From: Clostridiales bacterium
GTDB taxonomy: Bacteria > Bacillota > Clostridia > Oscillospirales > Oscillospiraceae
DNA: 64,000 nt
NCBI GenBank assembly: GCA_022775085.1
Contig: JALFJQ010000002.1
Coordinates: 7,681-71,680, forward strand
Reading direction: 5' to 3'
In this document: positions 27,169 through 37,480 of the stretch, in pieces
Layout of the letters: the number at the start of each line of letters is the position of its first letter
How positions within the stretch are numbered: position 1 is the first letter of the stretch
Position numbers and translations under genes: made by a program
The notes under the pieces: generated by a model
The model's input: the letters and a program-made list of their open reading frames with translations, nothing else
What the model was told of the DNA's origin: nothing
Database searches by the model: none

Positions 27169-30100
27169 TCATTTCAGAACCTTTACCGTCAGCCTCACCT
27201 GGATGGGATTCCGATTTACCGCGTTGTTTTTGGGCGTCACGTCCAGATAGAGGGTGTAGCTCTTCCCAGCCTTCAGCAGGCCGGTATTCTGAACAGCCAG
27301 CTCAAGCGCAGCGGTTTTTCCGCTGAGCTGTGCATGGAACCCATTTTCTCCAAGCGCGGCAACCAGTTCCGACGAACTTCTGGCGCTGACAGCGACCTTT
27401 TCAATTTCTCCGACGGAAACGGTCAGGCTCCCGCTCAGCGGTGCGGACTGGGACTGGAACAGAGTCAGGGTCAACGGGGAAGCGGTAACCTTCATGGTGC
27501 TTTGGGTGACCCTGACGCTCAGCACCGGGGACAGGATCGTCTGCCCGCAGACGGTCAGTCGGAAGCGTACCTTGTAGGTGACATTGGTGGCGTACGCTTC
27601 GCCTTCCTTCAAGGTCAGACGGACGGTTCCATCCACCGCCACAACGCTGAAATTCCGGCTGTACTGTTCATCCAGCTCCGCACCCGTAATCGTTCCGACG
27701 CAGTTGGTCAGCCTGGGTGTGTAGACGATGGCGCTGTCCGGATTCAGGGTGTCCAGCTTGCCCTTGGAGTACAGAGTCACCTTGGGCGTGCCTTTGTACA
27801 CCTGCACCGTCAGTTTCAGAGCGGTGGGCAGGGTCACTTCCTGACCGGTTCCATCCTGGCGAAGGACAGGCCGCAGGCTGAGAGTGTGCTTGCCCACAGC
27901 CGCGCCTTCGGGCAGACTGACCTGGAGAACTCCCTCCTCAAAGGTCTGCCATTCCTGCGCTCCTTCGCACCCAACCAGCGTATATCCCGCGCCGCCGGTT
28001 ATGGTGGGGGTGATCTTTACGGTTTCCGCCCCGGCAAGGGTCTGGTTCAGCTTTATGCTGGTCGCGGACAGCTTCACTCTGGGCAGGTCGCTGGAAACGG
28101 TAACTCTCACGGTACCGCCGGTAATGGGCGTGCCGTCAGACAGGGTTCCACTGTAAACGAAGCTGTAGGTTCCCGCCTTGGGGATGTCGGCAGGCTCCTC
28201 AAAATACGCAGTGAGGCTTTGGGTTTCCGCGTCATACTCCCAGCCGATCTTGTCCGCCTGGTCACGGGTGCTGGAGCCTTCCTTCGCGGTGGATACCGGA
28301 AGTTTGACGCTGTCAAGCGTCAGATTGGTCTGGGACAGGATCACGGAAGTCTGGGCGGTCTGCTGCGTGAAATAGCTGTTGAGCTTCAGCGTCGCGGTAT
28401 CCAGCTTCAGAGTGGGGGCTTTGGTGCTGACCGTGACCTTGTGGGTCAGCTTCACGCTGGACGCCCAGCCCGGCTCCCGGACATAGATCGTGGCTGTACC
28501 GCCGGTCTTACCCGCCTTCAGGGTCAGGGACAAGCGCTCTGCCTCAACGGATACATCGGCGAAGCTGGCTGCGCAGGTGACCTCTGCCTCAGAGAGGTTT
28601 ACATAATATCCGGTCACTTTGTTCAGCACCCGCAGTACGGCAGTGCGGTTCCCGCTCAGGGCGGTATTGATCACGCTGGACGCCGGGTCCGCGGTGAGCT
28701 TGGGCGCTGTGGTTACCGTAGAAATGGTGATGGTCTTGGATACCGGTTCGTTGTAGCCATCCAGCCAGACTTTCAGTGTCGCCCTGGTATCCGGCTTTGC
28801 CGCAGGATTTTCAAGGAATGTGTCGGAATAGGCAATAGTGGCTGTTCCGCTTTCCTTGCTATAGTTTACAGAAAAGTCGTTGGTATCCGCCAGCTCCACA
28901 TGTTCAATGGTCTGCCCGGAAGCGATGATGTTCAGCTTCGCTGTGCTGTTCAGATAGAACAGATTGAATTTTTCCGTCTGCTTTACACTGACGGAGGGCA
29001 GAAAATTCGCAGCCCTGATCTGGAGACTGTATCGGTACGTCAGCCCATCGCTGCACAGGACATCCAGCAGCTGGCTGTAGGTTCCGTTTTTCAGCTCCTC
29101 CGCCGCCTGCACGGTGCCGTCTGCACGGATCGTGAACCGGGTCGAAATCTCATTGGTGCCGCTGCTCTCCCGAAGGGTCAGTTTCTGAATGGAATTACCA
29201 TAGCTCTCCCGCAGATCCACTGCCGCGCCGGCGTCCGTATAGCAGTTCAGCGTCAGCTTATTGGTCAGCAGTCTGGGGGCGTAGTCCCGGACGGAGATGA
29301 CGGTCTGGGCGCTGACCTTGTTCAGATCCTTGGAGACTGCCGTGATGACGCATTCACCGGTGACACCTCCGGGAATTGTCAGCACAGCGGTTCCATCTTT
29401 GGCAAAAGTGATCTTCGCCACAGAGGTGTCCGAGCTGCTCCAGCGCACGTTTGCCGTATCCACCCATTCTTCCCGATAATTCCGCATCCGGGCTGTAAGG
29501 GGGTAGGTGCGGCTTTCCGCAGACTTTGCCAGCGCCAGCTCTGTCTGATCCTCACCGTTCACGGCCAGCTTCATGGCTTCCGCCTGGAGGGCAATCACGG
29601 GAATCCTGACGGACACCGTCCGCTCCAGCGGGTCACCTCTCAGGGACGCGGTAATGACAGCAGTCCCAGGGGTATCTCCGCCGGTGATCGTGCCGCTGGC
29701 ATCCACTTTGGCAATGGCTTCATTGGAGGAATGGAAGTTCAGATGATTGGCGGTAATGACCGAGATGCCGGATACGACCATGGCGGTATCCTGCCCAGGC
29801 TGCAAACCGATGGAGGGCAGCTCCACAGCCGCCGTCAGTTTTTCCGCCGGATCCAGATAAAATACATTCAGCGTTACGCTGGCAGTCACGTCGGAGCCGT
29901 CGGCGGCATCGGCGGTGATGACTGCGGTGCCGGGATAGTTCAAGGTGACTGCACCGGTTTCCCGGTCCACTTCCGCCACTCTGGTATTGCTGCTGGTCCA
30001 GACAACCGTCTGCGGGGCGTCCGCCGGCAGAATCTGAGCGGACAGCGTCAGAACGGTGCCGACAGACATATCAGCATCCAATGTGCCGCCCAGCACTTTA

Positions 30101-32031
30101 TTCCCGCACTTCAGAACCAGTTCCACCCCCAGGTCGAGGAGGCCGTCGGGCCAGATGGCCGTTCCGCCATAGCTGCCGTCTCTTGCGACCTCCTTCCAGC
30201 TTTGGGTCACCGGGCAGGAGGCAATCGTCACAACGTGTCCGGCAAAGGCCTGCTCTCCAATATAGGGCGGCTCGGTTCCTTCAAAGAAAAGCGTCAGTTC
30301 CTCCGCGCAGCCCTCCAGCGAGCCGTTCAGCAGATAGCGGCAGTAGTCGCGGAAGCGGATGGAGGTAATATTCTCGCAGCCCAACAGTGCACCGGGGAAG
30401 AGCACGCCGTAATTCGGCATATCGAAATGGCCCTCCACGCTGGGGGAAACGATGGCAACCCCTATCCCCATGCTGTCGGTGAATTGAAGCAGGACCGGTC
30501 CGTCTGCGAAATATCTTCCGATCGTTTCGCCGCTCTCAATCACGAAATTCGTAAGCGCCGTGCAGCCGGCAAAGGCGCCGGGTGTCACGTTCTCCAGCGT
30601 GTCAGGCAGACGGATATAAGCAGCCTTCGACAAATCCTTGAAAGCGTTCACACCAATGGTGGTGCCCGCCTGCATATCGATGGCGGTGATCTGGTCAGCC
30701 AGTCCTGCCCATGGGGCCGGTACGGCTTCGCTGTAGTCCGTCATCGCGCCGGGTGTACCGGTATCGGCGGCGTAGATGGTAAGTGTGCCATCCTGCACTT
30801 TCCACAGCAGATTCTCCCCGCAGCCTGCCTGCGGTACCACCGTGCCGGGGACATAGTCGTCGGTATCCATGGGATAGGCGGCGTTGAAGGCATCGGTGTC
30901 GTATTTGTCGTCACGCACATGGTTGCTGTTGAATTCTGTTCCTTTCAGGAAATAACTGTAGGTAGATTTTCCGGCGTCCCAAGTGGAATCCGCGTTGTAG
31001 TATTTGTCCCCCAACTGGATGATATTCCAGCCATGGGGGCCGCCGCCTCCGATGCCGCTGATGAACCGGCAGTCCACACCCAATTCCAGCGCCAGACGGT
31101 ACAGCAGCAGCGCGTAGCCCTGACACACCGCCGTCTTGTCGTGCAGCGCGGCGTAGGCTGTGAATTTCAGCTTGTAGCTGTCGTCGTTGAGATTTTTGTT
31201 GTCATATGTAACATTTTTGCAGATATAGTCGTAAATGCCCTTGGCCTTTTCATACGTGCTCTTGCCATTCAGACCCAGTACCGTGAGGAGGGAATCGATT
31301 TCGTCGTCCACCCACTGCTCCTGTTCGGCCGTTGTATAGTAAGGAACCGTAAAGGTCATGGTGTACTGATAAACGCCGTCAGCGATGCTATGGCTGTATG
31401 AGGCTTTCCAGCCCGCATACTGCCACGCCAGATAATCGCCCTCAGTAGGGAAACCAGTATGTTCCATTGCTTGGTCCAACAGTGCCTGAATATCCGCTTT
31501 CACATATTCTTCTTTCTCGGTAACGAAATATACCGTAAAGCTCTCCACCCGGGCACACATATAGGCCCGGATCAACTTGGCCGCTTCTTCCTCTGTCAGA
31601 TATTCGTCTTGGAGGGCATAGGTGCTGGGTGCGATGACCTCCGGTTCCCAGTCCTCATAGTCCGACGGGTCAACGATGCCTTCATACAGCGGGTTGACCT
31701 GGAAGGGGATCTCGAATACTTGTCCATCATCCTCCGGAGCCGCGGCGACCTGCTCAGCTTCCAGCAGCAGCATTTCCTCCGTCTCCTCGGGCAAGGTTTC
31801 CCCCGTGGTTTCGGCCACAGTCTCCTCCGTTACCTCGGCCACAGTCTCCTCCGTTACCTCGTCCGCGGTTTCCTCCGTGACCTCAGCGGCGGTTTCCACC
31901 GTGATTTCCGAGTCGGTAACTTCTTCCAGCAGCGCGGGCTCCTCTGCCAGCGCGGTTACCGGGAGCGTTCCCAGCACCAGCACCCACGCAAGAAGGGCGC
32001 ACAGCAGCCGCCTGAATACCGGGTGATTCAT
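27169..32031 (-). CDS. large secreted surface protein: acidic repeats + transglutaminase-like core + leucine-rich repeats + many Ig-like (Big_2-type) domains
   Basis: Signal peptide MNHPVFRRLLCALLAWVLVLGTLPVTALA with an AGGAGG RBS. Transglutaminase triad context: CQGYALLL, PHGWNII, ADSTWD (about 30970..31130). BspA-type LRR segment: AFAGCTALTNFVI... Repeated about 90-aa beta domains follow (VTLNV..., TAVITA...). I see no LPXTG or other recognisable anchor. Confidence 0.85.
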   Translation of the reverse strand: MNHPVFRRLLCALLAWVLVLGTLPVTALAEEPALLEEVTDSEITVETAAEVTEETADEVTEETVAEVTEETVAETTGETLPEETEEMLLLEAEQVAAAPEDDGQVFEIPFQVNPLYEGIVDPSDYEDWEPEVIAPSTYALQDEYLTEEEAAKLIRAYMCARVESFTVYFVTEKEEYVKADIQALLDQAMEHTGFPTEGDYLAWQYAGWKASYSHSIADGVYQYTMTFTVPYYTTAEQEQWVDDEIDSLLTVLGLNGKSTYEKAKGIYDYICKNVTYDNKNLNDDSYKLKFTAYAALHDKTAVCQGYALLLYRLALELGVDCRFISGIGGGGPHGWNIIQLGDKYYNADSTWDAGKSTYSYFLKGTEFNSNHVRDDKYDTDAFNAAYPMDTDDYVPGTVVPQAGCGENLLWKVQDGTLTIYAADTGTPGAMTDYSEAVPAPWAGLADQITAIDMQAGTTIGVNAFKDLSKAAYIRLPDTLENVTPGAFAGCTALTNFVIESGETIGRYFADGPVLLQFTDSMGIGVAIVSPSVEGHFDMPNYGVLFPGALLGCENITSIRFRDYCRYLLNGSLEGCAEELTLFFEGTEPPYIGEQAFAGHVVTIASCPVTQSWKEVARDGSYGGTAIWPDGLLDLGVELVLKCGNKVLGGTLDADMSVGTVLTLSAQILPADAPQTVVWTSSNTRVAEVDRETGAVTLNYPGTAVITADAADGSDVTASVTLNVFYLDPAEKLTAAVELPSIGLQPGQDTAMVVSGISVITANHLNFHSSNEAIAKVDASGTITGGDTPGTAVITASLRGDPLERTVSVRIPVIALQAEAMKLAVNGEDQTELALAKSAESRTYPLTARMRNYREEWVDTANVRWSSSDTSVAKITFAKDGTAVLTIPGGVTGECVITAVSKDLNKVSAQTVISVRDYAPRLLTNKLTLNCYTDAGAAVDLRESYGNSIQKLTLRESSGTNEISTRFTIRADGTVQAAEELKNGTYSQLLDVLCSDGLTYRYSLQIRAANFLPSVSVKQTEKFNLFYLNSTAKLNIIASGQTIEHVELADTNDFSVNYSKESGTATIAYSDTFLENPAAKPDTRATLKVWLDGYNEPVSKTITISTVTTAPKLTADPASSVINTALSGNRTAVLRVLNKVTGYYVNLSEAEVTCAASFADVSVEAERLSLTLKAGKTGGTATIYVREPGWASSVKLTHKVTVSTKAPTLKLDTATLKLNSYFTQQTAQTSVILSQTNLTLDSVKLPVSTAKEGSSTRDQADKIGWEYDAETQSLTAYFEEPADIPKAGTYSFVYSGTLSDGTPITGGTVRVTVSSDLPRVKLSATSIKLNQTLAGAETVKITPTITGGAGYTLVGCEGAQEWQTFEEGVLQVSLPEGAAVGKHTLSLRPVLRQDGTGQEVTLPTALKLTVQVYKGTPKVTLYSKGKLDTLNPDSAIVYTPRLTNCVGTITGAELDEQYSRNFSVVAVDGTVRLTLKEGEAYATNVTYKVRFRLTVCGQTILSPVLSVRVTQSTMKVTASPLTLTLFQSQSAPLSGSLTVSVGEIEKVAVSARSSSELVAALGENGFHAQLSGKTAALELAVQNTGLLKAGKSYTLYLDVTPKNNAVNRNPIQVRLTVKVLK
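31813..31908. repeat. in-frame 24-nt tandem repeat (about 4 copies) encoding (EVTEETxA)n
   Basis: ggccacagtctcctccgttacctc occurs twice perfectly (31813..31836 and 31837..31860), followed by two diverged copies. It encodes AEVTEETADEVTEETVAEVTEETVAE. Confidence 0.8.
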
Positions 32032-32333
32032 ATCTGTTTCCTCCTGTTTCTGCCTGATTCTTTCCTTGACAGTATAACACGGGAAACTGCTTTTTGTACA
32101 GAGACAGTTGTTTTTTTCTGGAAAAATTTCTGCCTGCTTCCTGCCGGGAAGCCTGTTCAGCAGCGCTGTCCCGGCAATCAGAATCCCCGTCGCCAGAAAG
32201 ATCCCCGCCATACCCCAGTCAACAACGGGAAGAACCGCCAGCAGATTTTCTTCCATAACAGCCCCCCAAAGGTTTTCTTCCGCTTATCCTATCAGATTTG
32301 GCCCACGGATTTCGGCAGAACCGTCAGAGGCGC

Positions 32334-32364
32334 AAAAAATACCGGCAGCTTTCGCTGCCGGTAT
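32334..32364 (-). terminator. rho-independent terminator after the peptide-binding protein gene
   Basis: The plus strand reads aaaaaa-taccggcagc-tttc-gctgccggta. On the minus strand this is a hairpin followed by a T-run, 14 nt after the stop. Confidence 0.7.
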
Positions 32365-32377
32365 TGGCTTGGAGAAA

Positions 32378-34201
32378 TCAGGCGATGGTGGTGTACATGA
32401 AGTACTTGAAGCCCAGGGGGTTGGAGAAGGAGCCCTGAACGGAATCATCGATCATGTAGATGTCGGTGTAGAAGTACAGAGGCACGATGCAGCCGGTGCT
32501 CATCAGCAGATCCTCGGCGCGGTGCATCAGCTCGTAACGGGTCGCGGTGTCGGTGCAGGTCTTGATCAGATTGATGATCACGTCGTAGGTCTCAGCCCAG
32601 GTGCCGTCCACAACGTTCACGTCGAAGCCCAGGTCGGTCAGATCCAGAGAGTAAGCCTTGACATCGGCGTTGGCGCCCTTACCGAACTGCACGTCGTTGT
32701 TGCCGGAGCCGGTGACCCACATATCCAGGAAGGAGATGGGATCGTTGTAGTCGGCCAGCCAGCCGTTACGGGCAATGCTGTAGTCGCCGTTCTTACGGGT
32801 GTTCAGGAAGGTGTTCCACTCCTGATTCTCCAGGTTCATGGTGATGCCCACGGCAGCCAGAGCGGAGGACAGGTACTCACCGATGGCCTTGTGGCCCTCA
32901 GAGGTGTTGTACAGGTAGGTCAGAGTGGGGAAGTCGGTGAACATGCCGGTGGCCTCGTCGTAAGTGTAGTACTTCTTCAGAGTCTCGATAGCGGTCTCGT
33001 AGTTGGACTCGTAAGCGTCCTCGGACACATCGTAGTAGCCAACAAAGCCGTCGTTGTGGCCGGCGTTCTCATAGAACTGGGAGCCGTCGGCATCGGTCAT
33101 ACCCATGGCGACGAAGGAGGAAGCGGGAACCTGACCAGCCTGGCCGATCTCCTCAACGATGTAGTTCCGGTCGAACAGCAGGGTGATGGCGTTGCGGATC
33201 TCTTCCTTGGCGTTCTCAGCCTCAGCACCGGTCAGAGTGCAGCCGGCGGGCAGGATCTCCTCGTTGATGTTCCAGCAGACATAGTAGGTGCCGATCTGGC
33301 CAGCAACCTTGAACTCATCGGGATAGTTCTCCTTCAGAGAGGGGATCTCGTTGGTGGGCACGTCGTCGATCAACAGCCACTCGCCGTTCTTGAAGTTGGA
33401 CAGCATGTTGTTGGCATCGTCGGACAGATAGAAGTTGATCTCCTTCATGGTGACGGCGTCAGCGTTCCAGTAGCTGTCGTTCTTGGTCAGGGTGATGACG
33501 GAGTTGTGGGTCCAGCTGGTCATGGTGTAAGCACCGTTGGAAATATAGGTGGAAGGATCGGTAGCCCAGCCCTCGTTGGCCACCACGTCCTCACGGACGG
33601 GGTAGTAGGTGGGGAAGGCCATCAGCTCATTCCAGTAGGCAACAGCGTTGTTCAGGGTAACCACCAGAGTCTTGTCGTCGGTGGCTTCCACAGCCAGCTC
33701 GTCGGGATAGCCCTTGATGACCTCGAACATGTAGCCGTAGTCAGCGCCCAGAGCGGTGGAAGCGGCGCGCTTCCAAGCAAAGGCGAAGTCGCCGGCGGTC
33801 AGATCCTGACCATCGGACCACTTCAGGCCGTCCCGGAGGGTGTAGGTGTAGGTGACGGTGCCGTCCTCGTTCTCAACACCCTCCACCAGCTCGGTGGCGC
33901 AGTCGGGCATGATGACCAGATGGCCGTCGGCATCCTGATCCCACTTAGCCAGACCGGCGAACAGGTGGGAGCACATGGTGCCGCCGTCAACAGCGGAGTT
34001 CAGAGCGGGGTCGATGGAGTCAGGCTCGGAAGCCAGACACACGTTCAGCTTGTCAGCGGAGACGGCAGCGGGAGCGGCAGTCTCGCCAGCAGCGGCGGGA
34101 GCGGTGGTAGCGGCAGGAGCGGTGGTATTGGAGGAGCCGCCGCAGGCAGCCAGGGACAGAACCATGACCAGTGCCAGCACCATGCAGATGAGTTTCTTCA
34201 T
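32378..34201 (-). CDS. peptide ABC transporter substrate-binding lipoprotein (family 5, OppA/DppA-like)
   Basis: Lipobox MKKLICMVLALVMVLSLAAC. 607 aa of SBP_bac_5-type sequence. Confidence 0.9.
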   Translation of the reverse strand: MKKLICMVLALVMVLSLAACGGSSNTTAPAATTAPAAAGETAAPAAVSADKLNVCLASEPDSIDPALNSAVDGGTMCSHLFAGLAKWDQDADGHLVIMPDCATELVEGVENEDGTVTYTYTLRDGLKWSDGQDLTAGDFAFAWKRAASTALGADYGYMFEVIKGYPDELAVEATDDKTLVVTLNNAVAYWNELMAFPTYYPVREDVVANEGWATDPSTYISNGAYTMTSWTHNSVITLTKNDSYWNADAVTMKEINFYLSDDANNMLSNFKNGEWLLIDDVPTNEIPSLKENYPDEFKVAGQIGTYYVCWNINEEILPAGCTLTGAEAENAKEEIRNAITLLFDRNYIVEEIGQAGQVPASSFVAMGMTDADGSQFYENAGHNDGFVGYYDVSEDAYESNYETAIETLKKYYTYDEATGMFTDFPTLTYLYNTSEGHKAIGEYLSSALAAVGITMNLENQEWNTFLNTRKNGDYSIARNGWLADYNDPISFLDMWVTGSGNNDVQFGKGANADVKAYSLDLTDLGFDVNVVDGTWAETYDVIINLIKTCTDTATRYELMHRAEDLLMSTGCIVPLYFYTDIYMIDDSVQGSFSNPLGFKYFMYTTIA

Positions 34202-34303
34202 GCTTTTTCATTTCCTTTCATAAGTGATAAATAATTTATTTCAGACCCGGGTTCCGTTCTCCGGCAGAATCCGGATTTGAATACAATGAGGGTCAGCCGA
34301 TTG

Positions 34304-34330
34304 GTAGGGCGGTGGCAAGTCCCCGCCCTG
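34304..34330. repeat. REP-like element (family A) between the ATPase gene and the binding-protein gene
   Basis: gtagggcggtggcaagtccccgccctg. Confidence 0.5.
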
Positions 34331-34415
34331 GCTTTGCGCTGACAGAGCACCATACGTGAAAGTAACACTTGACTCTCACGGTGTTCTTTTGTACAAAAAA
34401 ACCGTCGTTTTGATC

Positions 34416-35393
34416 TTAATTGACCTTATCCATATTGTGGCAGGCCACGAAGTGGCCGCCGCCTACGTCCTTGAATTCCGGCATGCTCTGAGCGCAGATG
34501 TCGCTTGCGTAGGGGCAGCGGGTGCGGAAGGGACAGCCGGAGGGGGCGTTCAGGGGGCTGGGGATGTCGCCGGACAGGACAATGCGCTTGTTTTCCCGCG
34601 CCATCTTGGGATCGGGCAGAGGCACGGCGGACATGAGACTGCGGGTGTAGGGGTGCAGGGGGTGGTCGTAGATTTCCCGGGCGTCCGCCAGTTCCACCAT
34701 TTTACCAAGATACATGACGGCGATTCTGTCGGAAATGTGCCGCACCACCAAAAGATCGTGGGCAATGAACAGGTAGGTCAGGCCCATTTTGTCCTGCAGC
34801 TCATCAAACATATTGATGACCTGGGCCTGAATGGACACGTCCAGAGCGGAAACCGGCTCGTCGCAGACCACGAACTGGGGCTTCATGGCCAGCGCCCGCG
34901 CGATGCCGATACGCTGCCGCTGACCGCCGGAGAACTCGTGGGCGTAGCGGTTGGCGTGCTCAGAGTTCAGGCCCACCTGTCCCATCAGTTCCAGAATGCG
35001 TTCCTTGCGCTCTGCTTCGCTGCTGTACATCTTGTGTACATCCAGCGGCTCACCGATGATGTCTGCAACGGTCATACGGGGGTTCAGAGAGGAATAGGGA
35101 TCCTGGAAAACCATGGCGCTTTTCCGGCGGTACTCGGCAATGTCCTTTTTTGTGACAATCTGCTTGCCGTCAAACCAGATTTCGCCTGCGGTGGGCTTGT
35201 ACAGATGCAGCAGAGTGCGGCCCACGGTGGTCTTTCCGCAGCCGGACTCGCCGACCAGGCCCAGGGTCTCGCCCCGGCGGATGGAGAAGGAAACATCGTC
35301 CACAGCCTTCAGCGGCTTGTTGGAAAACATACCGGTATTGATATTGAAGTATTCCTTCAGGTTCTTGACTTCAACCAGCATATCCTGACTCAT
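34416..35393 (-). CDS. oppF: oligopeptide ABC transporter ATP-binding protein (OppF-type)
   Basis: Walker [10 protein letters not shown], signature FSGGQRQR, and the C-terminal oligopeptide-type extension with CPFRTRCP. Confidence 0.9.
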   Translation of the reverse strand: MSQDMLVEVKNLKEYFNINTGMFSNKPLKAVDDVSFSIRRGETLGLVGESGCGKTTVGRTLLHLYKPTAGEIWFDGKQIVTKKDIAEYRRKSAMVFQDPYSSLNPRMTVADIIGEPLDVHKMYSSEAERKERILELMGQVGLNSEHANRYAHEFSGGQRQRIGIARALAMKPQFVVCDEPVSALDVSIQAQVINMFDELQDKMGLTYLFIAHDLLVVRHISDRIAVMYLGKMVELADAREIYDHPLHPYTRSLMSAVPLPDPKMARENKRIVLSGDIPSPLNAPSGCPFRTRCPYASDICAQSMPEFKDVGGGHFVACHNMDKVN

Positions 35394-36385
35394 TCGGCTT
35401 CACCGCCTTCCTCTTTCATTGCGTCCCGGACATTGACCCAGCAGGCAGCCTGATGGCTGTCGTTGATCTGCATCCGCTGGCAGCGCTGCCGCAGGCAAAT
35501 CTTCATGGCGGCATCGCACCGGGGGGCAAAGGCACAGCCGGCAGGCATATTCAGCAGGTCGATGGGAGTGCCGGTAATGGGCTGGAGCCGCTGTCCGTCG
35601 CTTTCCAGCGTGGGGATGGAGCGCATCAGGCCCTTGGTGTATTCATGCTTGGGGTTGTAGAAAATCTCGTCGGCAGTGCCCTGCTCACAGATGGAGCCGG
35701 CGTACATGACGATGACCTCGTCACACATCTGGGCCACAACGCCCAGATCGTGGGTAATCATGATGATGGCCATACCCATCTCCTTCTGCAAGGACTGCAT
35801 CAGCTCCAGAATCTGGGCCTGAATGGTCACGTCCAGGGCGGTAGTCGGCTCATCGGCGATCAGGATGTCCGGCTCGCAGGCCAGTGCCATGGCGATCATA
35901 ACTCTCTGGCGCATACCGCCGGAGAACTCAAAGGGATACTGTTTCATCCGTTTTTCCGGCTCATTGACATTGACCAGCCGCAGCATCTCCACGGCACGGT
36001 CCCAAGCCTGCTGCTTGTTGCGGGGAGTGTGCAGCATGATGGCCTCCATCAACTGGTGGCCGATGGTGTAGGTCGGATTCAGGGAGGTCATGGGGTCCTG
36101 GAAGATGATGGAGATCTTGTTGCCGCGAATCTTCTTCATGCCCTCCTCGCCGATGCCCACCAGCTCCTGACCGTCAAACTTGACGGAGCCGGAGACAATC
36201 TTGCCGGTTTTTTCCAGAATCTGCATGATGGAGTAGGCGGTGACGGACTTACCGGAACCGGACTCACCCACGATGCCCAGCACCTTGCCGCGATCCAGAG
36301 TAAAGGATACGCCGTTGACCGCCTTGACCTCACCGGCAGGGGTGTAGAAGGAGGTATGCAGGTCGTTTACTTCGAGAAGTGCCAT
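35390..36385 (-). CDS. oppD: oligopeptide ABC transporter ATP-binding protein (OppD-type)
   Basis: Walker A GESGSGKS, signature FSGGMRQR, and C-terminal CAFAPRC. Confidence 0.9.
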   Translation of the reverse strand: MALLEVNDLHTSFYTPAGEVKAVNGVSFTLDRGKVLGIVGESGSGKSVTAYSIMQILEKTGKIVSGSVKFDGQELVGIGEEGMKKIRGNKISIIFQDPMTSLNPTYTIGHQLMEAIMLHTPRNKQQAWDRAVEMLRLVNVNEPEKRMKQYPFEFSGGMRQRVMIAMALACEPDILIADEPTTALDVTIQAQILELMQSLQKEMGMAIIMITHDLGVVAQMCDEVIVMYAGSICEQGTADEIFYNPKHEYTKGLMRSIPTLESDGQRLQPITGTPIDLLNMPAGCAFAPRCDAAMKICLRQRCQRMQINDSHQAACWVNVRDAMKEEGGEAE

Positions 36386-36404
36386 AGAAATCTACACTCC
36401 TTTC

Positions 36405-37466
36405 TCAAGATTTCAGCTTGGGGTCAAAAGCGTCCCGCAGGCCGTCGCCGAACAGGTTCAGGGACAGCACAATCAGCGAAATGGTAAGTGCGGGAATGAC
36501 CATACGGTAGGGATAACTGCTCAGACCATTCAGCGCCTCGGAGGCCAGGCTGCCCAGAGAGGGCATGGGAGCGTTGACACCCAGACCCAGATAGGACAGG
36601 AAGCTCTCGGTGAAGATGGCGCTGGGAATCTGCAAAGCGGTGGAGATGATGATGACGCTGATGCAGTTGGGGATCAGGTGCTTTGTGATGATCCAGCCAG
36701 CTTTGGCGCCGGTAGAGCGGGCAGCCAGCACATATTCCTGTTCTTTCAGGCTGAGGATCTGGCCGCGAATCTGCCGGGCCATGCTGACCCAATACAGCAG
36801 AGCGAACACAATGAACAGGGAGATCATATTGGTGCCCAGCCGGTTCAGCAGCGGGTTATTCTCGATAATGGGGCCAAGAGCAACCTTCATGACAGAGGCC
36901 AGCAGAATGATCATCAGGGTGTCCGGCAGGGAGTAGATGATGTCCACCAGACGCATGATGAGCATATCCACCTTGCCGCCGCAATAGCCCGCGATGGAGC
37001 CCATGGTGATGCCGATGACCAGCACGATGAGGCTGGCGAAGAAGCCTACGCCAAGGGAGACCCGGGTTCCGTAGACTACACGGATGAAGTAGTCCCGTCC
37101 GGCGGAGTCGGTGCCGAAGACGTGGGGGAAGACCTTCTCTCCCGCTTCAATCCGCTTCAGCTCCGTCTTGCCGTACTTAAAGGGTGCCAGATTATTGAAG
37201 GAAGCGTCCACAGGCTTGCCGGGACGGACACCCAGCATGGTGTCGTAGGAATAAGGCCAGAAGAAGGGGATGATGATGGCGGCAAGCGTAATCACAATAA
37301 TGATGATCATGCTCACCGTGGCGACCTTGTTGCGCAGAAGCCGCTTCATGCCGTCCTTGAAGAAGGTGGTAGAGGGGCGCATCTGCACCATATATTCTTT
37401 TTCCGCGTCAGTCGCGGGCAGGAAGTCCTCCATGTCAACCTGGAGGCTCAGAGGGTTTTTCTTCAT
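36405..37466 (-). CDS. oppC: oligopeptide ABC transporter permease (OppC-type)
   Basis: BPD_transp_1-type permease with an N-terminal OppC-like extension. Confidence 0.9.
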   Translation of the reverse strand: MKKNPLSLQVDMEDFLPATDAEKEYMVQMRPSTTFFKDGMKRLLRNKVATVSMIIIIVITLAAIIIPFFWPYSYDTMLGVRPGKPVDASFNNLAPFKYGKTELKRIEAGEKVFPHVFGTDSAGRDYFIRVVYGTRVSLGVGFFASLIVLVIGITMGSIAGYCGGKVDMLIMRLVDIIYSLPDTLMIILLASVMKVALGPIIENNPLLNRLGTNMISLFIVFALLYWVSMARQIRGQILSLKEQEYVLAARSTGAKAGWIITKHLIPNCISVIIISTALQIPSAIFTESFLSYLGLGVNAPMPSLGSLASEALNGLSSYPYRMVIPALTISLIVLSLNLFGDGLRDAFDPKLKS

Positions 37467-37480
37467 TTCGCGTTTCTCCT

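Noticed and set aside
23828-27172. 1114-aa minus-strand ORF opposite mrdA and the DmpA-type gene
   Set aside because: Shadow ORF. The opposite strand carries clear PBP2 motifs (SxxK, SxN, KTG). The translation is G/A/V/H-rich and featureless.
26923-31401. 1492-aa plus-strand ORF opposite the large surface-protein gene
   Set aside because: Shadow ORF. It has Arg/Gly-rich composition, no signal, domains or RBS. The minus-strand product has a signal peptide, a transglutaminase triad and Ig-like repeats.
32032-32256. Separate small membrane-protein gene upstream of the surface-protein gene
   Set aside because: There is no stop codon between the ATG at 32256 and the ATG at 32031, so it cannot be an independent ORF. 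It is treated as a possible alternative start and reported as an ambiguity in the findings.
32108-34234. 708-aa plus-strand ORF opposite the peptide-binding protein gene. The same applies to 5451..6824, 20163..21314, 50053..51234, 52426..54477, 55445..56677, 57553..59472 and 62648..63865.
   Set aside because: All are antisense to genes with strong family signatures and show the same G/V/H/Q/A-rich, stop-poor composition expected from GC3-rich genes read backwards.
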